From Convolutriloba macropyga (Eukaryota): DNA of 64,000 nt. Numbering within the stretch: position 1 is the first letter of the stretch; every line of letters starts with the position of its first letter. The stretch lies in assembly GCF_964194025.1 (NCBI RefSeq), contig NC_134475.1, positions 37,076,001 to 37,140,000 on the forward strand, in the 5' to 3' direction. The notes under the pieces were generated by a model, which made no database searches, was not told the origin of the DNA, and worked only from the letters and a program-made list of their open reading frames with translations. A program made the position numbers and the translations under genes. Of this stretch, positions 27,240-39,200 are shown piece by piece.

Positions 27240-30200
27240 CCTCCCTTTTGTGGACATGAAAATTTCTAATCAACCCATGCCGCCTGTTTTTCGAGAGCAG
27301 GTCTTGCAACGCTGAGTCGTTTTATCTTCCTGTATGTGTGAGAGATGAGAAATCCTAGTCCTATATATTAAAAGCGTGAGCTCTAAAGCGGTACAAAACT
27401 TTTGCAAGTATAAGGGGCCTCTCGAAACGCTTGTTTAGGAGCCGCATTGAGCAGCATGGTTAACGAACATATCGAGAGAGGTCAATCACCTAAAAAACTC
27501 AAAGTAGATGGGTGAGTACCTAAACTAGAATAAAAGACCGTTAGTCAGGTGCAGTTACAACGAAGTTAAAAGGGCTTGAAAATATGCTCGCCCAGAAGGA
27601 GGAGTTATTCTCCTGGGTAAAACGTGTTTTTTAAATGCTCCCGAACTAAGGTTGAAATTCTTGTAGTAAACGTGTGTTTTCTACAAAATTTCAGTTTTAC
27701 AGATTCTGCGCTATTCTAGAACACTCTTAGCTTTCAACTAAGTTTTTTAAGCTTAATTTTGAATTTTGTGTGATCTCAAAGGCTCTCAATCTGAAATACA
27801 ATTATTGATACAATGGACGCGATTTTGAGAAACAGTGATATGTAGTTGTTATAGTGCAGTTGGTAATATGTGAGACTGCTACTCTGAGGGTCGATAGTTC
27901 GAACCCTTGTTGGGTATCCTCCCTTTTGTGGACATGAAAATTTCTAATCAACCCATGCCGCCTGTTTTTCGAGAGCAGGTCTTGCAACGCTGAGTCGTTT
28001 TATCTTCCTGTATGTGTGAGAGATGAGAAATGCTAGTCCTATATATTAAAAGCGTGAGCTCTAAAGCGGTACAAAACTTTTGCAAGTATAAGGGGCCTCT
28101 CGAAACGCTTGTTTAGGAGCCGCATTGAGCAGCATGGTTAACGAACATATCGAGAGAGGTCAATCACCTAAAAAACTCAAAGTAGATGGGTGAGTACCTA
28201 AACTAGAATAAAAGACCGTTAGTCAGGTGCAGTTACAACGAAGTTAAAAGGGCTTGAAAATATGCTCGCCCAGAAGGAGGAGTTATTCTCCTGGGTAAAA
28301 CGTGTTTTTTAAATGCTCCCGAACTAAGGTTGAAATTCTTATAGTAAACGTGTGTTTCCTGCGAAACTTTAGTTTCACAGATTCTGCGCTATTCTAGAAC
28401 ACTCTTAGCTTTCAACTAAGTTTTTTAAGCTTAATTTTGATTTTTGTGTGATCTCAAATTCTCTCAATCTGAAATACTTTTTATTGGTACAATGAACGCG
28501 ATTTTGAGAAACGGTGATATGTAGTTGTTATAGTGCAGTTGGTAATATGCACGACTGCTACTCTGAGGGTCGATAGTTCGAACCCTCGTTGGGTACCCTC
28601 CCTTTTGTGGACATGAAAATTTCTAATCAACCCATGCCGCCTGTTTTTCGAGAGCAGGTCTTGCAACGCTGAGTCGTTTTATCTTCCTGTATGTGTGAGA
28701 GATGAGAAATGCTAGTCCTATATATTAAAAGCGTGAGCTCTAAAGCGGTACAAAACTTTTGCAAGTATAAGGGGCCTCTCGAAACGCTTGTTTAGGAGCC
28801 GCATTGAGCAGCATGGTTAACGAACATATCGAGAGAGGTCAATCACCTAAAAAACTCAAAGTAGATGGGTGAGTACCTAAACTAGAATAAAAGACCGTTA
28901 GTCAGGTGCAGTTACAACGAAGTTAAAAGGGCTTGAAAATATGCTCGCCCAGAAGGAGGAGTTATTCTCCTGGGTAAAACGTGTTTTTTAAATGCTCCCG
29001 AACTAAGGTTGAAATTCTTATAGTAAACGTGTGTTTCCTGCGAAACTTTAGTTTCACAGATTCTGCGCTATTCTAGAACACTCTTAGCTTTCAACTAAGT
29101 TTTTTAAGCTTAATTTTGATTTTTGTGTGATCTCAAATTCTCTCAATCTGAAATACTTTTTATTGGTACAATGAACGCGATTTTGAGAAACGGTGATATG
29201 TAGTTGTTATAGTGCAGTTGGTAATATGCACGACTGCTACTCTGAGGGTCGATAGTTCGAACCCTCGTTGGGTACCCTCCCTTTTGTGGACATGAAAATT
29301 TCTAATCAACCCATGCCGCCTCTTTTTCGAGAGCAGATCTTGTAACGCTGAGTCGTATTATGTTACTGTATGTGTGAGAGATGAGAAACGCTAATCCTAT
29401 ATAATAAACGCGTGAGCTCTAAGGCGGGACAAAAATTTTGCAAGTACAAGGGGCCTCTCGAAACGCTTGTTTAGGAGCCGCATTGAGCAGCATGGCTAAC
29501 GAACATATCGAGAGAGGTCAATCACCTAAAACGCTCAAAGTAGATGGGGGGTGAGAACCTAAACTAGAATAAAAGACCGTTAGTCAGGTGCAGTTACAAC
29601 GAAGTTAAGAGGGCTTGAAAATATGCTCGCCCAGAAGGAGGAGTTATTCTCCTGGGTAAAACGTGTTTTTTAACTGCTCCCGAACTAAGGTTGAAATTCT
29701 TATAGTAAACGTGTGTTTCCTGCGAAACTTTAGTTTCACAGATTCCGCGCTATTCTAGAACACTCTTAGCTTTCAACTAAGTCTTTTAAGCTTAATTTTG
29801 AATTTTGTGTGATCTCAAAGGCTCTCTATCTGAAATACAATTATTGATACAATGGACGCGATTTTGAGAAACAGTGATATGTAGTTGTTATAGTGCAGTT
29901 GGTAATATGTGAGACTGCTACTCTGAGGGTCGATAGTTCGAACCCTTGTTGGGTATCCACCCTTTTGTGGACATGAAAACTTCTAATCAACCCTTGCCGC
30001 CTGTTTTTCGAGAGCAGTTCCTGCAACGCTGAGTCGTTTTATGTTCCTGTATTTGTGAGAGAGGAGAAATGCTAATCCTATATAATAAACGCGTGAGCTC
30101 TAAAGCGGTACAAAACTTTTGCAGGTGCAAGGGGCCTCTCGAAACGCTTGTTTAGGAGCCGCATTGAGCAGCATGGTTAACGAACAAATCGAGAGAGGTC

Positions 30201-33200
30201 AATCACCTAAAAAGCTCAAAGTAGATGGGTGAGAACCTAACCTGGAATAAAAGGCCATTAGTCAGGTGCAGTTACAACGAGGCTAAGAGGGCTTGAAAAT
30301 ATACTCGCACAGAAGGAGGAGTTACTCTCCTGGGTAAAACGTGTTTTTTTAATGCTCCCGAACAGAAGTTGAAATTCTTATAGTAAACGTGTGTTTTCTA
30401 CAAAATTTTAGTTTTACAGATTCTGCGCTATTCTAGAACACTCTTAGCTTTCAACTAAGTTATTTATGCTTAATTTTGATTTTTGTGTGATCTCAAATGA
30501 TCTCAATCTGAAATACTTTAATTGATACAATGAACGCGATTTTGAGAAACGGTGATATGTAGTTGTTATAGTGCAGTTGGTAATATGTACGACTGCAACT
30601 CTGAGGGTCGAGAGTTCAAACCCGCGTTGGGTACTCTGGCTTTTGTGGACATGAAAATTTCTAATCAACCCATGCCGCCTGTTTTTCGAGAGCAGTTCTT
30701 GCGACGCTGAGTCGTATTATGTTCCTGTATGTGTGAGAGATGAGAAATGCTAGTCTTATATATTAAAAGCGTGAGCTCTAAAGCCGTGTAAAATTTTTGC
30801 AAGTATAAGGGGCCTCTCGAAACGCTTGTTTAGGAGCCACATTGAGCAGCATGATTAACGAACATATCGAGAGAGGTCAATCACCTAAAAAGCTCAAAGT
30901 AGATGGGTGAGAACCTAACCTGGAATAAAAGACCATTAGTCAGGTGCAGTTACAACGAGGCTAAGAGGGCTTGAAAATATACTCGCACAGAAGGAGGAGT
31001 TACTCTCCTGGGTAAAACGTGTTTTTTAAATGCTCCCGAACTGAGGTTGAAATTCTTATAGTAAACGTGTGTTTTCTGCAAAATTTTAGTTTTACAGATT
31101 CTGCGCTATTCTAGAACACTCTTAGCTTTCAACTAAGTTTTTCAAGCTTAATTTTGATTTTTGTGTGATCTCAAATTCTCTCAATCTGAAATACTTTTAT
31201 TGATACAATGAACGCGATTTTGAGAAACGGTAATATGTAGTTGTTATAGTGCAGTTGGTAATATGTGAGACTGCTACTCTGGGGGTCAATAGTTCGAACC
31301 CTTGTTGGGTACCCGCCCTTTTGTGGACATGAAAATTTCTAATCAACCCATGCCGCCTGTTTTTAGAGAGAAGTTCTTGCAATGCTGAGTCGATTTATGT
31401 TCCTGTGTGTTTGAGGGATGAGAGATACTAATACTATGTATTAAACGCGTGAGCTCTAAGATGGGATAAAGCTTTTGCATTTTTAAGTGGACTCTCCGAG
31501 CGCATGTTTAAGAGTCGCATTGAGCAGCATGTTTAAGAGGTCATATCGAAAGAGGTCAATGACCTAAAAGACTCAAAGTAGATGGGTGAGAACCTAACCT
31601 GGAATAAAAGACCATTAGTCAGGTGCAGTTACAACGAGGCTAAGAGGGCTTGAAAATATACTCGCACAGAAGGAGGAGTTACTCTCCTGGGTAAAACGTG
31701 TTTTTTAAATGCTCCCGAACTGAGGTTGAAATTCTTATAGTAAACGTGTGTTTTCTGCACAAATTTAGTTTTACAGATTCTGCGCTATACTAGAACACTC
31801 TTAGCTTTCAACTAAGTTTTTTAAGCTTAATTTTGATTTTTGTGTGATCTCAAATTCTCTCAATCTGAAAAACTTTTTTTGATACAATGAACGCGATTTT
31901 GAGAAACGGTAATATGTAGTTGTTATAGTGCAGTTGGTAATATGTGAGACTGCTACTCTGGGGGTCAATAGTTCGAACCCTTGTTGGGTACCCGCCCTTT
32001 TGTGGACATGAAAATTTCTAATCAACCCATGCCGCCTGTTTTTAGAGAGCAGTTCTTGCAATGCTGAGTCGTTTTACCTTCCTGTATGTGTGAGAGATGA
32101 GAAATGCTAGTCCTATATATTAAAAACGTGAGCTCTAAAGCGGTACAAAACTTTTGCAAGTATAAGGGGCCTCTCGAAACGCTTCTTTAGGAGCCGCATT
32201 GAGCAGCATGGTTAACGAACATATCGAGAGAGGTCAATCACCTAAAAAGCTCAAAGTGGATGGGTGACAACCTAACCTAGAATAAAAGACCGTTAGTCAG
32301 GTGCAGTTACAACGAAGTTAAGAGGGCTTGAAAATATGCTTGCCCAGAAGGAGGAGTTACTCCCCTGGGTAAAACCTGTTTTTTAAATGCTCCCAAACTA
32401 AGGTTGAAATACTTATATTAAACGTGTGTTTCCTGCAAAATTTTAGTTTTACAGATTCTGCGCTATTCTAGAACACTCTTAGCTTTCAACTAAGTTTTTT
32501 AAGTTTAATTTTGATTTTTGTGTGATCTCAAATTCTCTCAAAATCTGAAATACTTGTATTGATACAACGAACGCGATTTCGAGAAACGGTGATATGTAGT
32601 TGTTATAGTGCAGTTGGTAATATGTGAGACTGCTACTCTGGGGGTCGATAGTTCGAACCCTTGTTGGGTTCCCGCCCTTTTGTGGACATGAAAATTTCTA
32701 ATCAACCAATGCGCCTGTTTTTCGAGAGCAGTTCTTGCAACGCTGAGTCGTTTTATGTTCCTTTATGTGTGAGACGAGAAATGCTAATCCTATATATTAA
32801 ACGCGTGAGCTCTAAAGCGGTACAAACATTTTGCAAGTGTAAGGGGCCTCTCTAAACGCTTGTTTAGGAGCCGCATTGAGCAGCATGGTTAACGAACATA
32901 TCGAGAGAGGTCAATCACCTCAAAAGCTCAAAGTGGATGGGTGAGAACCTAACCTGGAATAAAAGAACATTAGTCAGGTGCAGTTACAACGAGGCTAAGA
33001 GGGCTTGAAAATATACTCGCACAGAAGGAGGAGTTACTCTCCTGGGTAAAACGTGTTTTTTAAATGCTCCCGAACTGAGGTTGAAATTCTTAGAGTAAAC
33101 GTTGTTTTCTGCAAAATTTTAGTTTTACAGATTCTGCGCTATTCTAGAACACTCTTAGCTTTCAACTAAGTTTTTTAAGCTTAATTTTGATTTTTGTGTG

Positions 33201-36200
33201 ATCTCAAATTCTCTCAATCTGATATACTTTTATTGATGCAATGAACGCGATTTCGAGAAACGGTGATATGTAGTTGTTATAGTGCAGTTGGTAATATGTG
33301 AGACTGCTACTCTGGGGGTCGATAGTTCGGACCCTTGTTGGGTACCCGCCCTTTTGTGGACATGAAAATTTCTTATCAACCCTTGCCGCCTGTTTTTCGA
33401 GAGCACTTCTTGCAATGCTGAGTCGTTTTATGTTCCTGTATGTGTGAGAGACGAGAAAAGCTAATCCTATATATTAAACGCGTGAGCTCTAAAGCGGTAC
33501 AAACATTTTGCAAGTGTAAGGGGCCTCTCGAAACGCTTGTTTAGGAGCCGCATTGAGCAGCATGGTTAACGAACAAATCGAGAGAGGTCAATCACCTAAA
33601 AAGCTCAAAGTGGATTGGTGAGAATCTAACCGGGAATAAAAGACCATTAGTCAGGTGCAGTTACAACGAGGCTAAGGGGGCTTGAAAATATACTCGCACA
33701 GAAGGAGGAGTTACTCTCCTGGGTAAAACGTGTTTTTTAAATGCTCCCGAACTGAGGTTGAAATTCTTAGAGTAAACGTGTGTTTTCTGCAAAATTTTAG
33801 TTTTACAGATTCTGCGCTATTCTAGAACACTCTTAGCTTTCAACTAAGTATTTTAAGCTTAATTTTGATTTTTGTGTGATCTCAAATTCTCTCAATCTGA
33901 TATACTTTTATTGATACAATGAACGCGATTTCGAGAAACGGTGATATGTAGTTGTTATAGTGCAGTTGGTAATATGTGAGACTGCTACTCTGGGGGTCGA
34001 TAGTTCGAACCCTTGTTGGGTACCCGCCCTTTTGTGGACATGGAAATTTCTAATCAACCCATGCCGCCTGTTTTTCGAGAGCAGTTCTTGCAACGCTGAG
34101 TCGTTTTATGTTCCTGTATGTGTGAGCGACGAGAAATGCTAATCCTATATATTAAACGCGTGAGCTCTAAAGCGGTACAAACATTTTGCAAGTGTAAGGG
34201 GCCTCTCGAAACGCTTGTTTAGGAGCCGCATTGAGCAGCATGGTTAACGAACATATCGAGAGAGGTCAATCACCTAAAAAGCTCAAAATGGATGGGTGAG
34301 AACCTAACCTGGAATAAAAGACCATTAGTCAGGTGCAGTTACAACGAGGCTAAGAGGGCTTGAAAATACACTCGCACAGAAGGAGGAGTTACTCTCCTGG
34401 GTAAAACGTGTTTTTTAAATGCTCCCGAACTGGGGTTGAAATTCTTATAGTAAACGTGTGTTTTCTGCAAAATTTTAGTTTTACAGATTCTGCGCTATTC
34501 TAGAACACTCTTAGCTTTCAACTAAGTTTTTCAAGCTTAATTTTGATTTTTGTGTGATCTCAAATTCTCTCAATCTGATATACTTTTATTGATACAATGA
34601 ACGCGATTTCGAGAAAAGGTGATATGTAGTTGTTATAGTGCAGTTGATAATATGTGAGACTGCTACTCTGGGGGTCGATAGTTCGAACCCTTGTTGGGTA
34701 CCCGCCCTTTTGTGGACATGAAAATTTCTAATCAACCCATGCCGCCTGTTTTTCGAGAGCAGTTCTTGCAACGCTGAGTCGTTTTATGTTCCGTTATGTG
34801 TGAGAGACGAGAAATGCTAATCCTATATATTAAACGCGTGAGCTCTAAAGCGGTACAAACATTTTGCAAGTGTAAGGGGCCTCTCGAAACGCTTGTTTAG
34901 GAGCCGCATCGAGCAGCATGGTTAACGAGCAGATCGAGAGAGGTCAACCACCTAAAAAGCTCAAAGTGGATGGGTGAGAACCTAACCTGGAATAAAAGAC
35001 CATTAGTCAGGTGCAGTTACAACGAGGCTAAGAGGGCTTGAAAATATACTCGCACAGAAGGAGGAGTTACTCTCCTGGGTAAAACGTGTTTTTTAAATGC
35101 TCCCGAACTGAGGTTGAAATTCTTAGAGTAAACGTTGTTTTCTGCAAAATTTTAGTTTTACAGATTCTGCGCTATTCTAGAACACTCTTAGCTTTCAACT
35201 AAGTTTTTTAAGCTTAATTTTGATTTTTGTGTGATCTCAAATTCTCTCAATCTGATATACTTTTTTTGATACAATGAACGCGATTTCGAGAAACGGTGAT
35301 ATGTAGTTGTTATAGTGCAGTTGGTAATATGTGAGACTGCTACTCTGGGGGTCGATAGTTCGAACCCTTGTTGGGTACCCGCCCTTTTGTGGACATGAAA
35401 ATTTCTTATCAACCCTTGCCGCCTGTTTTTCGAGAGCACTTCTTGCAACGCTGAGTCGTTTTATGTTCCTGTATGTGTGAGAGACGAGAAATACTAATCC
35501 TATATATTAAACGCGTGAGCTCTAAAGCGGTACAAACATTTTGCAAGTGTAAGGGGCCTCTCGAAACGCTTGTTTAGGAGCCGCATTGAGCAGCATGGTT
35601 AACGAACATATCGAGAGAGGTCAATCACCTGAAAAGCTCAAAGTGGATGGGTGAGAACCTAACCTGGAATAAAAGACCATTAGTCAGGTGCAGTTACAAC
35701 GAGGCTAAGAGGGCTTGAAAATATACTCGCACAGAAGGACGAGTTACTCTCCTGGGTAAAACGCAATTTTTAAATGCTCCCGAACTGAGGTTGAAATTCT
35801 CATAGTAAACGTGTGTTTTCTGCAAAATTTTAGTTTTACAGATTGTGCGCTATTCTAGAACACTCTTAGTTTTCAACTAAGTTTTTTAAGCTTAATTTTG
35901 ATTTTTGTGTGATCTCAAATTCTCTCAATCTGATATCCTTTTATTGATACAATGAACGGGATTTCGAGAAACGGTGATATGTAGTTGTTATAGTGCAGTT
36001 GGTAATATGTGAGACTGCTACTCTGGGGGTCGATGGTTCGAACCCTTGTTCGGTACCCGCCCTTTTGTGGACATGAAAATTTCTAATCAACCCTTGCCGC
36101 CTGTTTTTCGAGAGCAATTCTTGCAACGCTGAGTCGTTTTATGTTCCTGTATGTGTGACAGACGAGAAATGCTATTCCTATATATTAAACGCGTGAGCTC

Positions 36201-39200
36201 TAAAGCGGTACAAACACTTTGCAAGTGTAATGGGCCTCTCGAAACGCTTGTTTAGGAGCCGCATTGAGCAGCATGGTTAACGAACATATCGAGAGAGGTC
36301 AATCACCTAAAAAGCTCAAAGTGGATGGGTGAGAACTTAACCTGGAATAAAAGACCATTAGTCAGGTGCAGTTACAACGAGGCTAAGAGGGCTTGAAAAT
36401 ATACCTGCACAGAAGGAGGAGTTACTCTCCTGGGTAAAACGTGTTTTTTAAATGCTCCCGAACTGAGGTTGAAATTCTTATAGTAAACGTGTGTTTTCTC
36501 CAAAATTTTAGTTTTACAGATTTTGCGCTATTCTAGAACACTCTTAGTTTTCAACTAAGTTTTTTAAGCTTAATTTTGATTTTTGTGTGATCTCAAATTC
36601 TCTCAATCTGATATACTTTTATTGATACAATGAACGCGATTTCGAGAAACGGTGATATGTAGTTGTTATAGTGCAGTCGGTAATATGTGAGACTGCTACT
36701 CTGGGGGTCGATAGTTTAAACCCTTGTTGGGTACCCGCCCTTTTGTGGACATGAAAAATTCTAATCAACCCATGCCGCCTGTTTTTCGAGAGCAGTTCTT
36801 GCAACGCTGAGTCCTTTTATGTTCCTGAATGTGTGAGAGACGAGAAATGCGAATCCTATATATTAAACGCGTGAGCTCTAAAGCGGTACGAACATTTTGC
36901 AAGTGTAAAGGGCCTCTCGAAACGCTTAATTAGGAGCCGCATTGAGCAGCATGGTTAACGAACATATCGAGAGAGGTCAATCACCTAAAAAGCTCAAAGT
37001 GGATGGGTGAGAACCTAACCTGTAATAAAAGACCATTAGTCAGGTGCAGTTACAACAAGGCTAAGAGGGCTTGAAAATATACTCGCACAGAAGGAGGAGT
37101 TACTCTCCTGGGTAGAACTTGTTTTTTAAATGCTCCCGAACTGAGGTTGAAATTCCTATAGTAAACGTGTGTTTTCTGCAAAAATTTAGTTTTACAGATT
37201 CGGCGCTATTCTAGAACACTCTTAGTTTTCAACTAAGTTTTTTAAGCTTAATTTTGATTTTTGTGTGATCTCAAATTCTCTCAATCTGATATCCTTTTAT
37301 TGATACAATGAACGGGATTTCGAGAAACGGTGATATGTAGTTGTTATAGTGCAGTTGGTAATATGTGAGACTGCTACTCTGGGGGTCGATGGTTCGAACC
37401 CTTGTTCGGTACCCGCCCTTTTGTGGACATGAAAATTTCTAATCAACCCTTGCCGCCTGTTTTTCGAGAGCAATTCTTGCAACGCTGAGTCGTTTTATGT
37501 TCCTGTATGTGTGACAGACGAGAAATGCTATTCCTATATATTAAACGCGTGAGCTCTAAAGCGGTACAAACACTTTGCAAGTGTAATGGGCCTCTCGAAA
37601 CGCTTGTTTAGGAGCCGCATTGAGCAGCATGGTTAACGAACATATCGAGAGAGGTCAATCACCTAAAAAGCTCAAAGTGGATGGGTGAGAACTTAACCTG
37701 GAATAAAAGACCATTAGTCAGGTGCAGTTACAACGAGGCTAAGAGGTCTTGAAAATATACTCGCACAGAAGGAGGAGTTACTCTCCTGGGTAAAACGTGT
37801 TTTTTAAATGCTCCCGAACTGAGGTTGAAATTCTTATAGTAAACGTGTGTTTTCTCCAAAATTTTAGTTTTACAGATTTTGCGCTATTCTAGAACACTCT
37901 TAGTTTTCAACTAAGTTTTTTAAGCTTAATTTTGATTTTTGTGTGATCTCAAATTCTCTCAATCTGATATACTTTTATTGATACAATGAACGCGATTTCG
38001 AGAAACGGTGATATGTAGTTGTTATAGTGCAGTCGGTAATATGTGAGACTGCTACTCTGGGGGTCGATAGTTTAAACCCTTGTTGGGTACCCGCCCTTTT
38101 GTGGACATGAAAAATTCTAATCAACCCATGCCGCCTGTTTTTCGAGAGCAGTTCTTGCAACGCTGAGTCCTTTTATGTTCCTGTATGTGTGAGAGACGAG
38201 AAATGCGAATCCTATATATTAAATGCGTGAGCTCTAAAGCGGTACGAACATTTTGCAAGTGTAAAGGGCCTCTCGAAACGCTTAATTAGGAGCCGCATTG
38301 AGCAGCATGGTTAACGAACATATCGAGAGAGGTCAATCACCTAAAAAGCTCAAAGTGGATGGGTGAGAACCTAACCTGTAATAAAAGACCATTAGTCAGG
38401 TGCAGTTACAACAAGGCTAAGAGGGCTTGAAAACATACTCGCACAGAAGGAGGAGTTACTCTCCTGGGTAGAACTTGTTTTTTAAATGCTCCCGAACTGA
38501 GGTTGAAATTCCTATAGTAAACGTGTGTTTTCTGCAAAAATTTAGTTTTACAGATTCGGCGCTATTCTAGAACACTCTTAGTTTTCAACTAAGTTTTTTA
38601 AGCTTAATTTTGATTTTTGTGTGATCTCAAATTCTCTCAATCTGATATCCTTTTATTGATACAATGAACGGGATTTCGAGAAACGGTGATATGTAGTTGT
38701 TATAGTGCAGTTGGTAATATGTGAGACTGCTACTCTGGGGGTCGATGGTTCGAACCCTTGTTCGGTACCCGCCCTTTTGTGGACATGAAAATTTCTAATC
38801 AACCCTTGCCGCCTGTTTTTCGAGAGCAATTCTTGCAACGCTGAGTCGTTTTATGTTCCTGTATGTGTGACAGACGAGAAATGCTATTCCTATATATTAA
38901 ACGCGTGAGCTCTAAAGCGGTACAAACACTTTGCAAGTGTAATGGGCCTCTCGAAACGCTTGTTTAGGAGCCGCATTGAGCAGCATGGTTAACGAACATA
39001 TCGAGAGAGGTCAATCACCTAAAAAGCTCAAAGTGGATGGGTGAGAACTTAACCTGGAATAAAAGACCATTAGTCAGGTGCAGTTACAACGAGGCTAAGA
39101 GGGCTTGAAAATATACTCGCACAGAAGGAGGAGTTACCCTCCTGGGTAAAACGTGTTTTTTAAATGCTCCCGAACTGAGGTTGAAATTCTTATAGTAAAC